From: Sulfolobales archaeon
GTDB lineage: Archaea > Thermoproteota > Thermoprotei_A > Sulfolobales > NBVN01
DNA length: 64,000 bases
Direction of reading: 5' to 3'
Assembly: GCA_038831135.1 (NCBI GenBank)
Contig: JAWBKW010000005.1
Coordinates: 6,795-70,794 of the forward strand
The notes under the pieces are model-generated. The model did no database searches, was not told the origin of the DNA, and saw nothing but the letters and a program-made list of their open reading frames with translations. This document shows, in pieces, positions 19,593 through 27,966 of this stretch (position 1 is the stretch's first letter; every line of letters starts with the position of its first letter). Both the position numbers and the translations under genes were made by a program.

Positions 19593-19640
19593 ATGAGGAG
19601 GAATCCGGGAACTGATAAGTGATGTGTTTATGCTGGCTGA
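19593..19640 (+). ncRNA. C/D box sRNA candidate
   Basis: Box C ATGAGGA (19593..19599), 12-nt guide GGAATCCGGGAA, D' CTGA (19612..19615), 3-nt loop, C' GTGATGT (19619..19625), 11-nt guide GTTTATGCTGG, D CTGA (19637..19640). A TATA-like TATATTA lies about 26 nt upstream. Intergenic, between divergent genes. Confidence 0.65.
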
Positions 19641-19683
19641 CGCATATAGATATTAAAACTCCTCTCTACCTATCTAATTTGGT

Positions 19684-20010
19684 GTGCTGATGGGTAGAAT
19701 TAGGAAGTTAATACTGGTAACTGCGGAATACCACCCACTACATAAGTACTTTACTTCACTAGCTGAGAGGACTGCAAAGGAGTTGGGAATCGATACTGAG
19801 GTTAGGTATGAGGACTACATATTCTTAATAGAGCATGGAGATACCGATGAATTAGGTATGGCTTGGATCCCGCAACTCCTTGCGGAACTAGATGATGGTA
19901 GGGTAACTCTACTACTCTCTAAAGCACCCTTCGACCCTGAGTTAAAACCAGACCTAGAGAAAGGATATGAAGAAATAATGAGTAAAGTAAGAACGCTTTC
20001 AAGTGGTTGA
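19684..20010 (+). CDS. hypothetical protein
   Basis: 108-aa ORF, first of three tightly overlapping + strand genes. I recognise no motif. Confidence 0.5.
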   Translation: MLMGRIRKLILVTAEYHPLHKYFTSLAERTAKELGIDTEVRYEDYIFLIEHGDTDELGMAWIPQLLAELDDGRVTLLLSKAPFDPELKPDLEKGYEEIMSKVRTLSSG

Positions 20011-20503
20011 GACTACGGACCAACACCAATATAGTAGGAAAGTTTTAGTGCCTTATGTACCGACTCCAGAAGCAGTAATTGATAAAATGCTTCAAGTAGC
20101 TAACACAAGCTCTGAAGATGTCGTATATGATCTTGGTTGCGGTGATGGTAGGATAATACTGCAGGCAGTGACTAAATACAGGGTTAAGAAAGCTGTAGGT
20201 GTTGAGATTAGGGATGATTTAGTTAAGATAGCTCGTACGAAGATCGATGAGTTAAACATCGGTGATAGGGCCTACATACTACATGGGGATATGTTTGATG
20301 TAGATCTATCGGAGGCAACAGTAGTTACGTTATTCTTACTAACAAGCGTGAATAACATGCTGAAACCTAAGCTTGAGAGAGAATTAAGGAATGGTTCTAG
20401 AGTTGTTTCCCATGAATTCGAAATCCCTGGGTGGGTACCTTCTAAAGTTGAGGTATGTAGTGATGGATATTTAAAACATAAGATATACCTCTATATGAGG
20501 TGA
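20003..20503 (+). CDS. SAM-dependent methyltransferase
   Basis: 166 aa. Motif I VVYDLGCGDGRI, with 8-nt and 4-nt overlaps with its neighbours. Confidence 0.75.
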   Translation: MVETTDQHQYSRKVLVPYVPTPEAVIDKMLQVANTSSEDVVYDLGCGDGRIILQAVTKYRVKKAVGVEIRDDLVKIARTKIDELNIGDRAYILHGDMFDVDLSEATVVTLFLLTSVNNMLKPKLERELRNGSRVVSHEFEIPGWVPSKVEVCSDGYLKHKIYLYMR

Positions 20504-20934
20504 TACCTACGAACACTAAGAAAACCTTAATACTAAGCGTTGAAGGCGGTAACATCGTTGATTCTAAGGTAGTGGAATCCGAGTTAGAGGAGGCAGTTAA
20601 GAAGACCTTAATAGATATACTCCCTAAGTGGTCTCCTAAGACCTCAGACCTAATTGTTATGAAGTATGAACATGAGGCAACACTAAAACTACCACTCAGT
20701 AAGGAACTATATGAGAGCTTATCTAAGTACGGCTTAAGTAGAAAATCGCAATCAGAGGTTGCTGCTAAGCTACCAGTGTATGTTATCAGCTACGAAAATA
20801 GGTGGGTTGGGGAAGACTTAATAGATGATAAAGTGTTCGTGATCTCCCCATACATAAACGATGAAATTATGAAGGAAGTTGAACTACTTGCTATAGACTT
20901 AACAACACCTATAGAAGAAGATGAGGAGGAGTAA
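20500..20934 (+). CDS. hypothetical protein with acidic C-terminus
   Basis: 144-aa ORF, translationally coupled (ATGA-type overlap) to the methyltransferase gene. Confidence 0.5.
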   Translation: MIPTNTKKTLILSVEGGNIVDSKVVESELEEAVKKTLIDILPKWSPKTSDLIVMKYEHEATLKLPLSKELYESLSKYGLSRKSQSEVAAKLPVYVISYENRWVGEDLIDDKVFVISPYINDEIMKEVELLAIDLTTPIEEDEEE

Positions 20935-21033
20935 GCATAGCAATCATAATAATTAGATAATCTAAACAAATTCGTGTTAATGGATACGAAGCACTTATAA
21001 TCTCCTAAAACTATATTATTTGGATAATGATCT

Positions 21034-21639
21034 ATGAGGTTAGATAAGGGGATATCGCCAGTACTGAGCGTAACGGTTCTAATCGGTGCTGTAATAATTT
21101 TAGGTATGTCATTCATGGCGTACTCAATATCGTTAAGTAATGCGCAAAGCTCTGAAGTCAGAATAAGGAACATGGTTGTAGATGAAGCAGCTAAGGTGGT
21201 AATCTATATCGAGAAAGAAGATACTACACAATCCACCACAACAATATACCTAGGTCTAACTAAGGTAATACCTGAAACCAGTAAATACTACTTAATATTA
21301 TTTAAGACCAACGAGTACCAATCAATATACGGCCTAATACCACTAAGCGCGACGATCTCACAAATACAACAGAATATTCCGCCACAACCTAAAACGTCAT
21401 CACAGATATACGTAGTAGAGACAGCAGGAAACTACGTACCATTAAAAGTGTTAGGCCTCCCCTCAATCGATACCTACATGTTCTGGTACATACCGCCAAA
21501 CTCATCACTAATAAAGATCGAAATAAGCAATAACGAGTTAGTCAACTTCAAATATGTAGTACCGATCATATTAGTTGACTTCGGCAACGAATACTACGAA
21601 GTAGCCAGAATCTACTGCATACTTAGGTGGGGACAATGA
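21034..21639 (+). CDS. archaeal type IV pilin-like protein (class III signal peptide)
   Basis: 201 aa. N-terminus MRLDKG|ISPVLSVTVLIGAVIILG matches the K/R-G|hydrophobic prepilin peptidase site followed by a TM helix. Confidence 0.7.
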   Translation: MRLDKGISPVLSVTVLIGAVIILGMSFMAYSISLSNAQSSEVRIRNMVVDEAAKVVIYIEKEDTTQSTTTIYLGLTKVIPETSKYYLILFKTNEYQSIYGLIPLSATISQIQQNIPPQPKTSSQIYVVETAGNYVPLKVLGLPSIDTYMFWYIPPNSSLIKIEISNNELVNFKYVVPIILVDFGNEYYEVARIYCILRWGQ

Positions 21640-22784
21640 GTAAGTGGTTAAGGAAAGGACAGGCAGAAATAATAGGAGGCTTAATGGTAGCCAGCGTCCT
21701 CCTACTCATCATAATACCCCTAATACTCAACACCATGACCTCCTCAACAACAGTAGGAACCAGAAACTACATACTAAGATCTCAATTCGAGATCGAGAGA
21801 TGGTCCGAAAAACTGGTCATAAACGGCACAAAAATAGTCAACCCAAGCCCCGTAGAAATAACAATAGTCAGAATATGGGACACCAATGGAACACCAATAG
21901 ATATAAGCCCGAAGAACCTACTAGCAGGCGGCGGAACAATAGATATAACAGAACTATATAGCGGTATAACCTCCATCCACGACCTAGACGCATTAGTAAC
22001 AGCCAGAGGAAGAGTATTCAAGATAGAAGAACTAATACCACCAACACCAGGAGGGGAAGGAGGTGAAGAAGGTGGACTTCCACTAGGGCTGACAGGTGGA
22101 GAAATTGTAGGAGGTTCATATATATTCGATTATAATATCACGATAATCAAATGTATATATGGCGGTAGCCCCTGTGGTGATGCAATACCAGCTATATATC
22201 ATAACAATACTTGGTATGTGTATAAAGATGGATGGGGGACTGCTACTAGCAAGGGTATAAATATAGATTTAAATCAAGCCGCGAAATATATCGATATGGA
22301 TAAAAATCATGCACCAGAACTAATTGTACTAAGGCGTTACGATAATACACACTACGTAGTATTTACAGCTACCGATCAAAAAGATTATATGTATTCAGTT
22401 AAATTCAGCAGATATATCCGTATTGAGGATAATACAACACTTATTTCAGCATTTTTGAAAGTTGTAACTGTGAGTACTGCAGAGGCTGAACTTTCGACAT
22501 TTATAGAAACCATATTGAGTAATAGCAATAATAATGCAATAAATATGTCCAACTATGGTAGTTTGTCAAAAGTTAGATTTCCAAAAGACGTCTTTAATGT
22601 GACTGTTTATGAGGGGTATATATTGTTCCCAATAAAGCAATTCGGATATTTCAGCAGTATAATTAGTAATTATCCTGGATATTACGACGTCATTGTAAAT
22701 ATATATTTAAAGCCATCATCATCCAATGTTGATATGAGTAGTGGTATAGAATACATAGCTGTTACTGCAGCGTATCCGGACTGA
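21627..22784 (+). CDS. archaeal type IV pilin-like protein with Gly/Glu linker and large C-terminal domain
   Basis: 385 aa. N-terminus ...WLRKG|QAEIIGGLMVASVLLLIIIPLIL (class III signal), linker PPTPGGEGGEEGGLPLGLTGGEIVGG, then an AT-rich Y/N/I-rich domain. Overlaps the upstream pilin gene by 13 nt. Confidence 0.65.
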   Translation: MGTMSKWLRKGQAEIIGGLMVASVLLLIIIPLILNTMTSSTTVGTRNYILRSQFEIERWSEKLVINGTKIVNPSPVEITIVRIWDTNGTPIDISPKNLLAGGGTIDITELYSGITSIHDLDALVTARGRVFKIEELIPPTPGGEGGEEGGLPLGLTGGEIVGGSYIFDYNITIIKCIYGGSPCGDAIPAIYHNNTWYVYKDGWGTATSKGINIDLNQAAKYIDMDKNHAPELIVLRRYDNTHYVVFTATDQKDYMYSVKFSRYIRIEDNTTLISAFLKVVTVSTAEAELSTFIETILSNSNNNAINMSNYGSLSKVRFPKDVFNVTVYEGYILFPIKQFGYFSSIISNYPGYYDVIVNIYLKPSSSNVDMSSGIEYIAVTAAYPD

Positions 22785-22834
22785 ATCTAAATTAATTAGA
22801 AATATACAGCTCTGTTAGAATATAGCTATTATTG

Positions 22835-24124
22835 TCAACTAAAGTATCTACCTCTAAGGTCGTAGAAGGTCGCATAAATTATTAACATAAAAGCTCTCTT
22901 AGGTATGGATTGTTTTATACCAATAATATTATCAAAGATCACTACCGGTTTATAGTTGATTAACCTCCCAAATATTCTGTTTTTTCTAGAAGTTGTAGAT
23001 GTTATTAATGAGAAGGCTATACTTCCAACATACGAACTATTTATTTTCATACCTATCTCTTCGATAGTTTTCGCTATCAATGTACTTCTTATTTTCTTTG
23101 TTTGCTCACTTACTTGAGGCATCCTACTGGACTCTGTCCTTGGTCTTGGCGTGTATTGAGCTAAGTGTACCTTATCTGGTTGAATTATGTTAATTGTGTT
23201 TAAGGTGTTTTCGAATTCTTCTTCACCTTCTCCTGGGTGTCCTACTATGATGTCTGTGGCTATAGCGATTTCAGGTATTTTCTTTCTTACCTCCTTCACT
23301 ATGTTTATGAAGTCGCCTACGCTATACTTCCTTCCCATGATTTTAAGTACTTTATCGTCTCCGCTTTGGAGGGGTATGTGTAGGTATTTGAATACTTTAG
23401 GTTCTTTTAAGACGTTTATTAGGTCGTCGAGTATTGGTTCTATAGTGTTTGGGTTTGCCATACCTATCCTAATCATGTATTCTCCCTCAACGTTGTTAAC
23501 TATTTCTTGAATTAGTTTAGGTAGGTTTGTGTCGCCTAAGTCTAATCCATATGTGGCGGTGTCTTGGGCTGTTAACTCTATTTCTACAGCTCCTCGAGCT
23601 ACTGCATCTCTAACTGATTCAATTATTAGCTTCGGCTTATAACTAACTAATTTCCTACGTGCTAGCTTGACTATGCAGTAGTTGCAGTTGCCTAGGCAAC
23701 CTTCAGCTATTGGTATTGATGCTATAGCTCCTTCAACATGGCATGGTAGTTGGGAGTTATCTCTGTTCCCAACTATTAAGTTTTCAATGGTGCCTGACTC
23801 TATAACATCAACTACCTTAGTTATGTTCTGCGGTGATATTAGTGATGCCATTGGTGCTGTGAGTTTTAAGGTGTAGGGTTGGGTACTTACCATACAGCCT
23901 GTTATTACTAATTTCCTATTGCTGAGGAACTTACTTAAGTGCCTTAACCTCTTTAAGATCCTTTCCTCACTATCTCTACGGACAGTGCATGTATTAACTA
24001 ATATTACTTCAGCTTCTTCCACGTCATCGACGACTTCATGCCCTCCCCTAAGTATAAGTGCCTTCATTAATGAAGTATCTGCTTTATTTAGGGCGCAACC
24101 GTAAGTCTCTATGTAGACCTTCAC
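22835..24124 (-). CDS. radical SAM methylthiotransferase, MiaB/MtaB-like (archaeal type)
   Basis: 429 aa. N-terminal UPF0004 cysteines (YGCALN, NTCTVR), radical SAM CLGNCNYC, C-terminal TRAM-like region. Confidence 0.85.
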   Translation of the reverse strand: MKVYIETYGCALNKADTSLMKALILRGGHEVVDDVEEAEVILVNTCTVRRDSEERILKRLRHLSKFLSNRKLVITGCMVSTQPYTLKLTAPMASLISPQNITKVVDVIESGTIENLIVGNRDNSQLPCHVEGAIASIPIAEGCLGNCNYCIVKLARRKLVSYKPKLIIESVRDAVARGAVEIELTAQDTATYGLDLGDTNLPKLIQEIVNNVEGEYMIRIGMANPNTIEPILDDLINVLKEPKVFKYLHIPLQSGDDKVLKIMGRKYSVGDFINIVKEVRKKIPEIAIATDIIVGHPGEGEEEFENTLNTINIIQPDKVHLAQYTPRPRTESSRMPQVSEQTKKIRSTLIAKTIEEIGMKINSSYVGSIAFSLITSTTSRKNRIFGRLINYKPVVIFDNIIGIKQSIPKRAFMLIIYATFYDLRGRYFS

Positions 24125-24187
24125 TCCTACCCTGAATTACGTTCAGTATCTATGAATTTAAAAGTTTAAGAGCCACTATATCCTTAG

Positions 24188-24613
24188 GTGGTCAGTATTT
24201 CCGATATGCTAAGGTATGAGGATCTGCTTGAAAGACTCTATAGTGGGTTACCGTCTAAGACCACTGGACAACCTGTAGAGTTACCGCAGCTTGACGTAGT
24301 TCATGTAGGGCTACATACGCATGTTAAGAACTTCAAGGAGGTATGTGATAGAATTAGGAGGGAGCCTAGGGTCGTTATGAGGTACTTACTTAAGGAGTTA
24401 GCTGCTAGAGGCTCACTCGATGACTCAAATAACTTAATAATATTTGGTAGGATATCGTCACAAACACTGAATACCCTATTTAATAGATTTTTAATGACTT
24501 ATGTTAAGTGTAGCACATGTAATGCGTTCGATACGGTGCTTAAGAAGCAGGGGAAGGTTTGGATTATTTCCTGCCTGGCCTGCGGTGCTGAAACACCGGT
24601 AAAGCCTGTCTAG
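24188..24613 (+). CDS. eif2b: translation initiation factor aIF-2 beta subunit
   Basis: 141 aa with C-terminal C4 ribbon CSTCNAFDT...CLACGAE. Confidence 0.9.
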   Translation: MVSISDMLRYEDLLERLYSGLPSKTTGQPVELPQLDVVHVGLHTHVKNFKEVCDRIRREPRVVMRYLLKELAARGSLDDSNNLIIFGRISSQTLNTLFNRFLMTYVKCSTCNAFDTVLKKQGKVWIISCLACGAETPVKPV

Positions 24614-24622
24614 GTGTGAGTA

Positions 24623-24922
24623 ATGTACGTATACGTTAAGATATATTATGAGGGTGAGGATCAGTCGGTCCTTGCTGTATGTGATGAGGAGGTCCTAGGT
24701 AAGGTATTGAGGGAGGGTGATATAGTATTAGATGTTAGTAATGACTTCTTCAACGGCTTTAAAACACATGTAGATGATGTGCCACACCTCCTTGAGGGAG
24801 TTACCTCAGCCATGCTAGTGGGTGAGAACACCGTGAAGAAAGCTATAGATGCTGGTTACGTACATCCCGAAGCTGTTTTAAGGGTTAATCAAGTACCATA
24901 TGCTTACCTCGTAAAGGTTTAA
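24623..24922 (+). CDS. DUF424 family protein
   Basis: 99 aa, MYVYVKIYYEGEDQSVLAVCDEEVLGK.... Conserved position between aIF2beta and NMD3. Confidence 0.7.
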   Translation: MYVYVKIYYEGEDQSVLAVCDEEVLGKVLREGDIVLDVSNDFFNGFKTHVDDVPHLLEGVTSAMLVGENTVKKAIDAGYVHPEAVLRVNQVPYAYLVKV

Positions 24923-24932
24923 GGGACATCTC

Positions 24933-25955
24933 TTGGGTAGGTTCTGCATCAAATGCGGTGTTGAGGAACCCGAGTTAATTATTGATGGGTTTTGCGTGAA
25001 TTGCTTAGTTAATGAAGGTAAGGCCGTAAAGCCGCCGAAGTCTGTTGAAGCTACGGTATGCCCGTTATGTGGTTCTGTTAAAGTAGGGAACAGGTGGTTA
25101 CAAGACATAGATCTAAGGGACTATATAAGGGAACTTATTTTAAGTGGGAGTGAGTTCCATAGAGAGTTTAAAATAACATCATTAAACATTACTCTAGAAG
25201 GTGATAGAGTCGTTGCAAGTTTTAGTGGTGTCCTAAAGCGTTCAGCAGTTACTAAGGAGTACTTAATTAACTTCATAGCTAATAGATCCTTATGCCCTCA
25301 ATGTTCTAGGATTAGGGGCGGTTACTACGAGGCTGTAATCCAAATTAGAACCTACACAACAATATTTAGGAAGTCCTTAATAGATAGAATAGTTAACTCA
25401 CTATTAAAATCCCCGAACATCTCCAACAATATCTCAGAGATAGAATTTATTAGGGAGGGTCTAGATGTTAAGGTATTAAGTCTTAGTGTTGCTAGGAAGT
25501 TAGTCAATGATCTAGTATCTATATATGGGGGAACTTCAGTAGAGACTTGGAAAGTTGTAGGTAAGTCTCCCAGCGGTAAGAAAGTATCCAAGCTAACGAT
25601 CTCTTTAAGGATCTCAGGCCTATCACCTGGGGATTTCATAATGTTAAAGGAACGCCTAGCACTAGTTGAGGGTGTGTCCGGGGATAATGCTAGGATTAAA
25701 TTCTTAGATTCTGATGAAGTTGTCAGACTTAACTTTAAAGACGTAAATTGGGAGGACCTCTCTTTACTGATTCCGGAGGAATACGAATTAGTTGACGCAT
25801 ACGTTATCAATGTTTCCAACAATAAGGTCTTAGTTAAGGAGGTTGGTAGAGGTAATACCCATGAAGTTTTTACCCGTGGAGCAGTTAAAGTTGGTTCGAG
25901 AGTTAAGTTATTAATTTATAGGGATAGAATATACTTAGCAGGTATTGAGAAGTGA
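24933..25955 (+). CDS. NMD3 family ribosome biogenesis protein
   Basis: 340 aa. N-terminal CxxC pairs (CIKCG, CVNC, CPLCG, CPQC). Confidence 0.8.
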   Translation: MGRFCIKCGVEEPELIIDGFCVNCLVNEGKAVKPPKSVEATVCPLCGSVKVGNRWLQDIDLRDYIRELILSGSEFHREFKITSLNITLEGDRVVASFSGVLKRSAVTKEYLINFIANRSLCPQCSRIRGGYYEAVIQIRTYTTIFRKSLIDRIVNSLLKSPNISNNISEIEFIREGLDVKVLSLSVARKLVNDLVSIYGGTSVETWKVVGKSPSGKKVSKLTISLRISGLSPGDFIMLKERLALVEGVSGDNARIKFLDSDEVVRLNFKDVNWEDLSLLIPEEYELVDAYVINVSNNKVLVKEVGRGNTHEVFTRGAVKVGSRVKLLIYRDRIYLAGIEK

Positions 25956-25961
25956 TCTTAT

Positions 25962-26282
25962 ATGCCGAAGAAAGATAAGGGTGTAGAATCCAAGGAGTTA
26001 CTAACTCCTGCTGAGAATGAGGTTATATGTGTAGTGACTGATATAGTTGGAGCTAATTACGTTAAGACTATCTGTATGGACGGTGTAGCTAGGGTTTGTA
26101 GGATTCCAGGTAAGCTGAGGAAGAAAGTATGGATTAATTTAAAGGATGTTGTGTTGGTAGCTGTCTGGGAGTTCCAGAACGATAAGGGGGATATAGTGCA
26201 TCGTTACGAGAGGGATGAGAAGAAGAAACTTATCGAGCTCGGCTTACTTAGTAAGGACCTCATCGAAGGTGGTTCTGCATAA
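25962..26282 (+). CDS. eif1a: translation initiation factor aIF-1A
   Basis: 106 aa with an S1-like core ...VICVVTDIVGANYVKTICMDGVARVCRIPGKLRKKVWI. Confidence 0.92.
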   Translation: MPKKDKGVESKELLTPAENEVICVVTDIVGANYVKTICMDGVARVCRIPGKLRKKVWINLKDVVLVAVWEFQNDKGDIVHRYERDEKKKLIELGLLSKDLIEGGSA

Positions 26283-27091
26283 GCCGTAAGGGCGATATAG
26301 ACAAACTCTTAGACATTTATTATAGAGCTACAGGTAAGCAGAGTCGAGACGTTGATAAGGACTTATTCGAAACTGTTGAGGAGGTATTTGACTCAGCAAC
26401 GGTTCTAGCGATTATAGAGTTATGTAGGAGGAAAGTAATTTATGAGTTAAAAGGTGTGGTGAGTTCAGGTAAGGAGTCAAGGGTTTACTGGGGTAAATCA
26501 TTCAATGACGACGACTTAGCTGTGAAGATATACTTAACGTCATCAGCTGAATTTAGGAAAGGTATGATTAAGTACTTGATGGGTGATCCAAGGTTTAAGA
26601 ACGTCCCAAAATCAACTAGGAAGTTAATAAGTACTTGGGCACGTAAAGAATTCAAAAATTTAAAACTTATGCATGAAGTAGGTGCTTCAGTTCCGGAACC
26701 AATAGCACAGCATGAGAACGTATTGGTTATGAAGTTTATTGGGGATGGTGGGGTTAGAGCGCCACTTCTAAAGGAAGTAGAGTTAGAGTTAAGTGAGTAT
26801 GAAGAGATATTCTACAGAGTAATCAACGATGTTAAGAGGATCTATAGATTTGCTGGATTAGTTCACGGCGACTTAAGTGAGTACAACATAATGGTTTATA
26901 GAGGTATTCCCTACATAATTGATGTTAGTCAATCGATTAAGATTTCACACCCAAATGCTTATGATTTACTGATGCGTGATGTGAGTAACTTAATAAACTT
27001 TTTTAGAGGTTTAGGCCTAGAGGTCCCTAACGCTGATGAGTTAATCGAGTATATTACTAGGGATGAATATAGGGACTTAGATGAATATTAG
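26279..27091 (+). CDS. RIO1-type serine/threonine protein kinase; start codon non-canonical or unknown
   Basis: Kinase motifs SSGKESRVYWG, LVHGDLSEYNI, IDVSQS. The track start GTG 26456 removes the conserved N-terminal region (DKDLFETVEEVFDSATVLAIIELCRRKVIYELKG). That region is in frame from 26255 with no ATG/GTG/TTG. ATA 26279..26281 overlaps the aIF-1A stop (gcATAAgc). Confidence 0.75.
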   Translation: MSRKGDIDKLLDIYYRATGKQSRDVDKDLFETVEEVFDSATVLAIIELCRRKVIYELKGVVSSGKESRVYWGKSFNDDDLAVKIYLTSSAEFRKGMIKYLMGDPRFKNVPKSTRKLISTWARKEFKNLKLMHEVGASVPEPIAQHENVLVMKFIGDGGVRAPLLKEVELELSEYEEIFYRVINDVKRIYRFAGLVHGDLSEYNIMVYRGIPYIIDVSQSIKISHPNAYDLLMRDVSNLINFFRGLGLEVPNADELIEYITRDEYRDLDEY

Positions 27092-27138
27092 TTAAGGTGT
27101 TAGAAACTTAAATTAGATGTTAGTAAGTTATTTCTGCG

Positions 27139-27750
27139 GTGTACTCAGTGAGTTTAGATGTTAAGAAGCCGCAAGTAATTCCTGGCGTTCTTAAACTATA
27201 CGTCAAAATCCCTATAGATAGAATTAAAGTACTTACCACTAATAACATGCAAGTACTTAAAGAATTAGAAAGCAGGACACTCACTAAAATAACGATAGAT
27301 GAAATTAATTCCTTTGCATTAGTTGAACCATCAAGTTCTAATACACCAGTAATAAACGTTATGAAGGCGAGGGACTTCATAAATGCGGTAGCTGTAGGTT
27401 TCTCCCCTGAGAAGGCTTGGAGGATACTAAACGATGACCAAATAATAATTACCATAGACCTGAAAACCGTCGTCGGCGACTCACAAAACCACTTGACCAG
27501 AATTAAGGGTAGGGTAATAGGTGAGGAAGGGAAGGTTAAGAAAAATATAGAGGAAATGACAGGCACTAACATATCAGTTTATGAAGACTATATAGCTATA
27601 ATAGGTGATTACGATGGAGCTAACTTAGCTAGGGAGGCAGTAGAGATGCTTATCCAAGGTAGGCAACATTCAACAGTATATAAGTATTTAGATAGAAGTG
27701 TTCATGACGTTAAGAAGAAGAAGGTCACCACTATATGGAATAAAGATTAA
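27139..27750 (+). CDS. KH-domain RNA-binding protein (Dim2/Pno1-like)
   Basis: 203 aa. GxxG loop in RVIGEEGKVKKNIEEMTG. Conserved partner of Rio1 and aIF1A. Confidence 0.85.
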   Translation: MYSVSLDVKKPQVIPGVLKLYVKIPIDRIKVLTTNNMQVLKELESRTLTKITIDEINSFALVEPSSSNTPVINVMKARDFINAVAVGFSPEKAWRILNDDQIIITIDLKTVVGDSQNHLTRIKGRVIGEEGKVKKNIEEMTGTNISVYEDYIAIIGDYDGANLAREAVEMLIQGRQHSTVYKYLDRSVHDVKKKKVTTIWNKD

Positions 27751-27799
27751 TGCTTAAATATTTAAATTAGAAGCATACTAGATTGACGGATTGCTTAAT

Positions 27800-27846
27800 A
27801 TGATGAGTTTTAAATTCTGAAGCGTGATGTAGGGCCAAAGCTCTGA
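27800..27846 (+). ncRNA. C/D box sRNA candidate
   Basis: Box C ATGATGA (27800..27806), 10-nt guide GTTTTAAATT, D' CTGA (27817..27820), loop AGC, C' GTGATGT (27824..27830), 12-nt guide AGGGCCAAAGCT, D CTGA (27843..27846). An A/T-rich TATA-like TTAAATATTTAAATT lies about 35-45 nt upstream. Confidence 0.75.
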
Positions 27847-27905
27847 TTATAACATAAATAATTAAATGGTGGGCCCGGGGGGATTTGAACCCCCGACCTA
27901 CGGGT

Positions 27906-27959
27906 CTCTTCTCCAGTCCTATATCATCCCTCACGGTCTTTAGACCCGTAGCTGGTGAA
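27906..27959 (-). other. tRNA-Trp intron 2 (54 nt, position 37/38; junction can slide by up to 2 nt)
   Basis: Forms a long imperfect hairpin (CTCCAGT/ACTGGAG 7 bp, then TCACC/GG-A-TGA, then ACGG-G-TC/GACCGT). AG is repeated at both junctions, so 35/36, 36/37 and 37/38 give the same product. Confidence 0.65.
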
Positions 27960-27966
27960 CTGGAGC

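Noticed and set aside
21644-21961. 105-aa alternative-frame + strand ORF (very basic, N/R/K/H/P-rich) inside the second pilin-like gene
   Set aside because: It is a by-product of the T-poor composition of this block, because few stop codons are possible. The sequence is low-complexity, and the overlapping frame has a clear class III signal peptide.
27120-27572. 150-aa antisense ORF opposite the KH-domain gene, and similar antisense or shadow ORFs (for example 669..854, 1806..2231, 14425..14712, 14794..15108, 20790..21173, 25352..25822, 34661..35035, 38488..38892, 45899..46222, 51467..51721)
   Set aside because: Each lies within a well-supported conserved gene on the other strand or frame. 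They have low-complexity, Ser/Leu/Thr-rich translations and no recognisable motifs.
27906-27959. Possible intron-encoded C/D guide in tRNA-Trp intron 2, as in euryarchaeal tRNA-Trp. A C'-like ATGATAT is followed 12 nt later by GAGA, which would put C34 at the D+5 position. CTACGGGTC is complementary to exon GACCCGTAG.
   Set aside because: There is no real CTGA D box and no box C in the intron. The complementarities are equally explained by the pre-tRNA hairpin/BHB folding. I treat it as a remnant at best.
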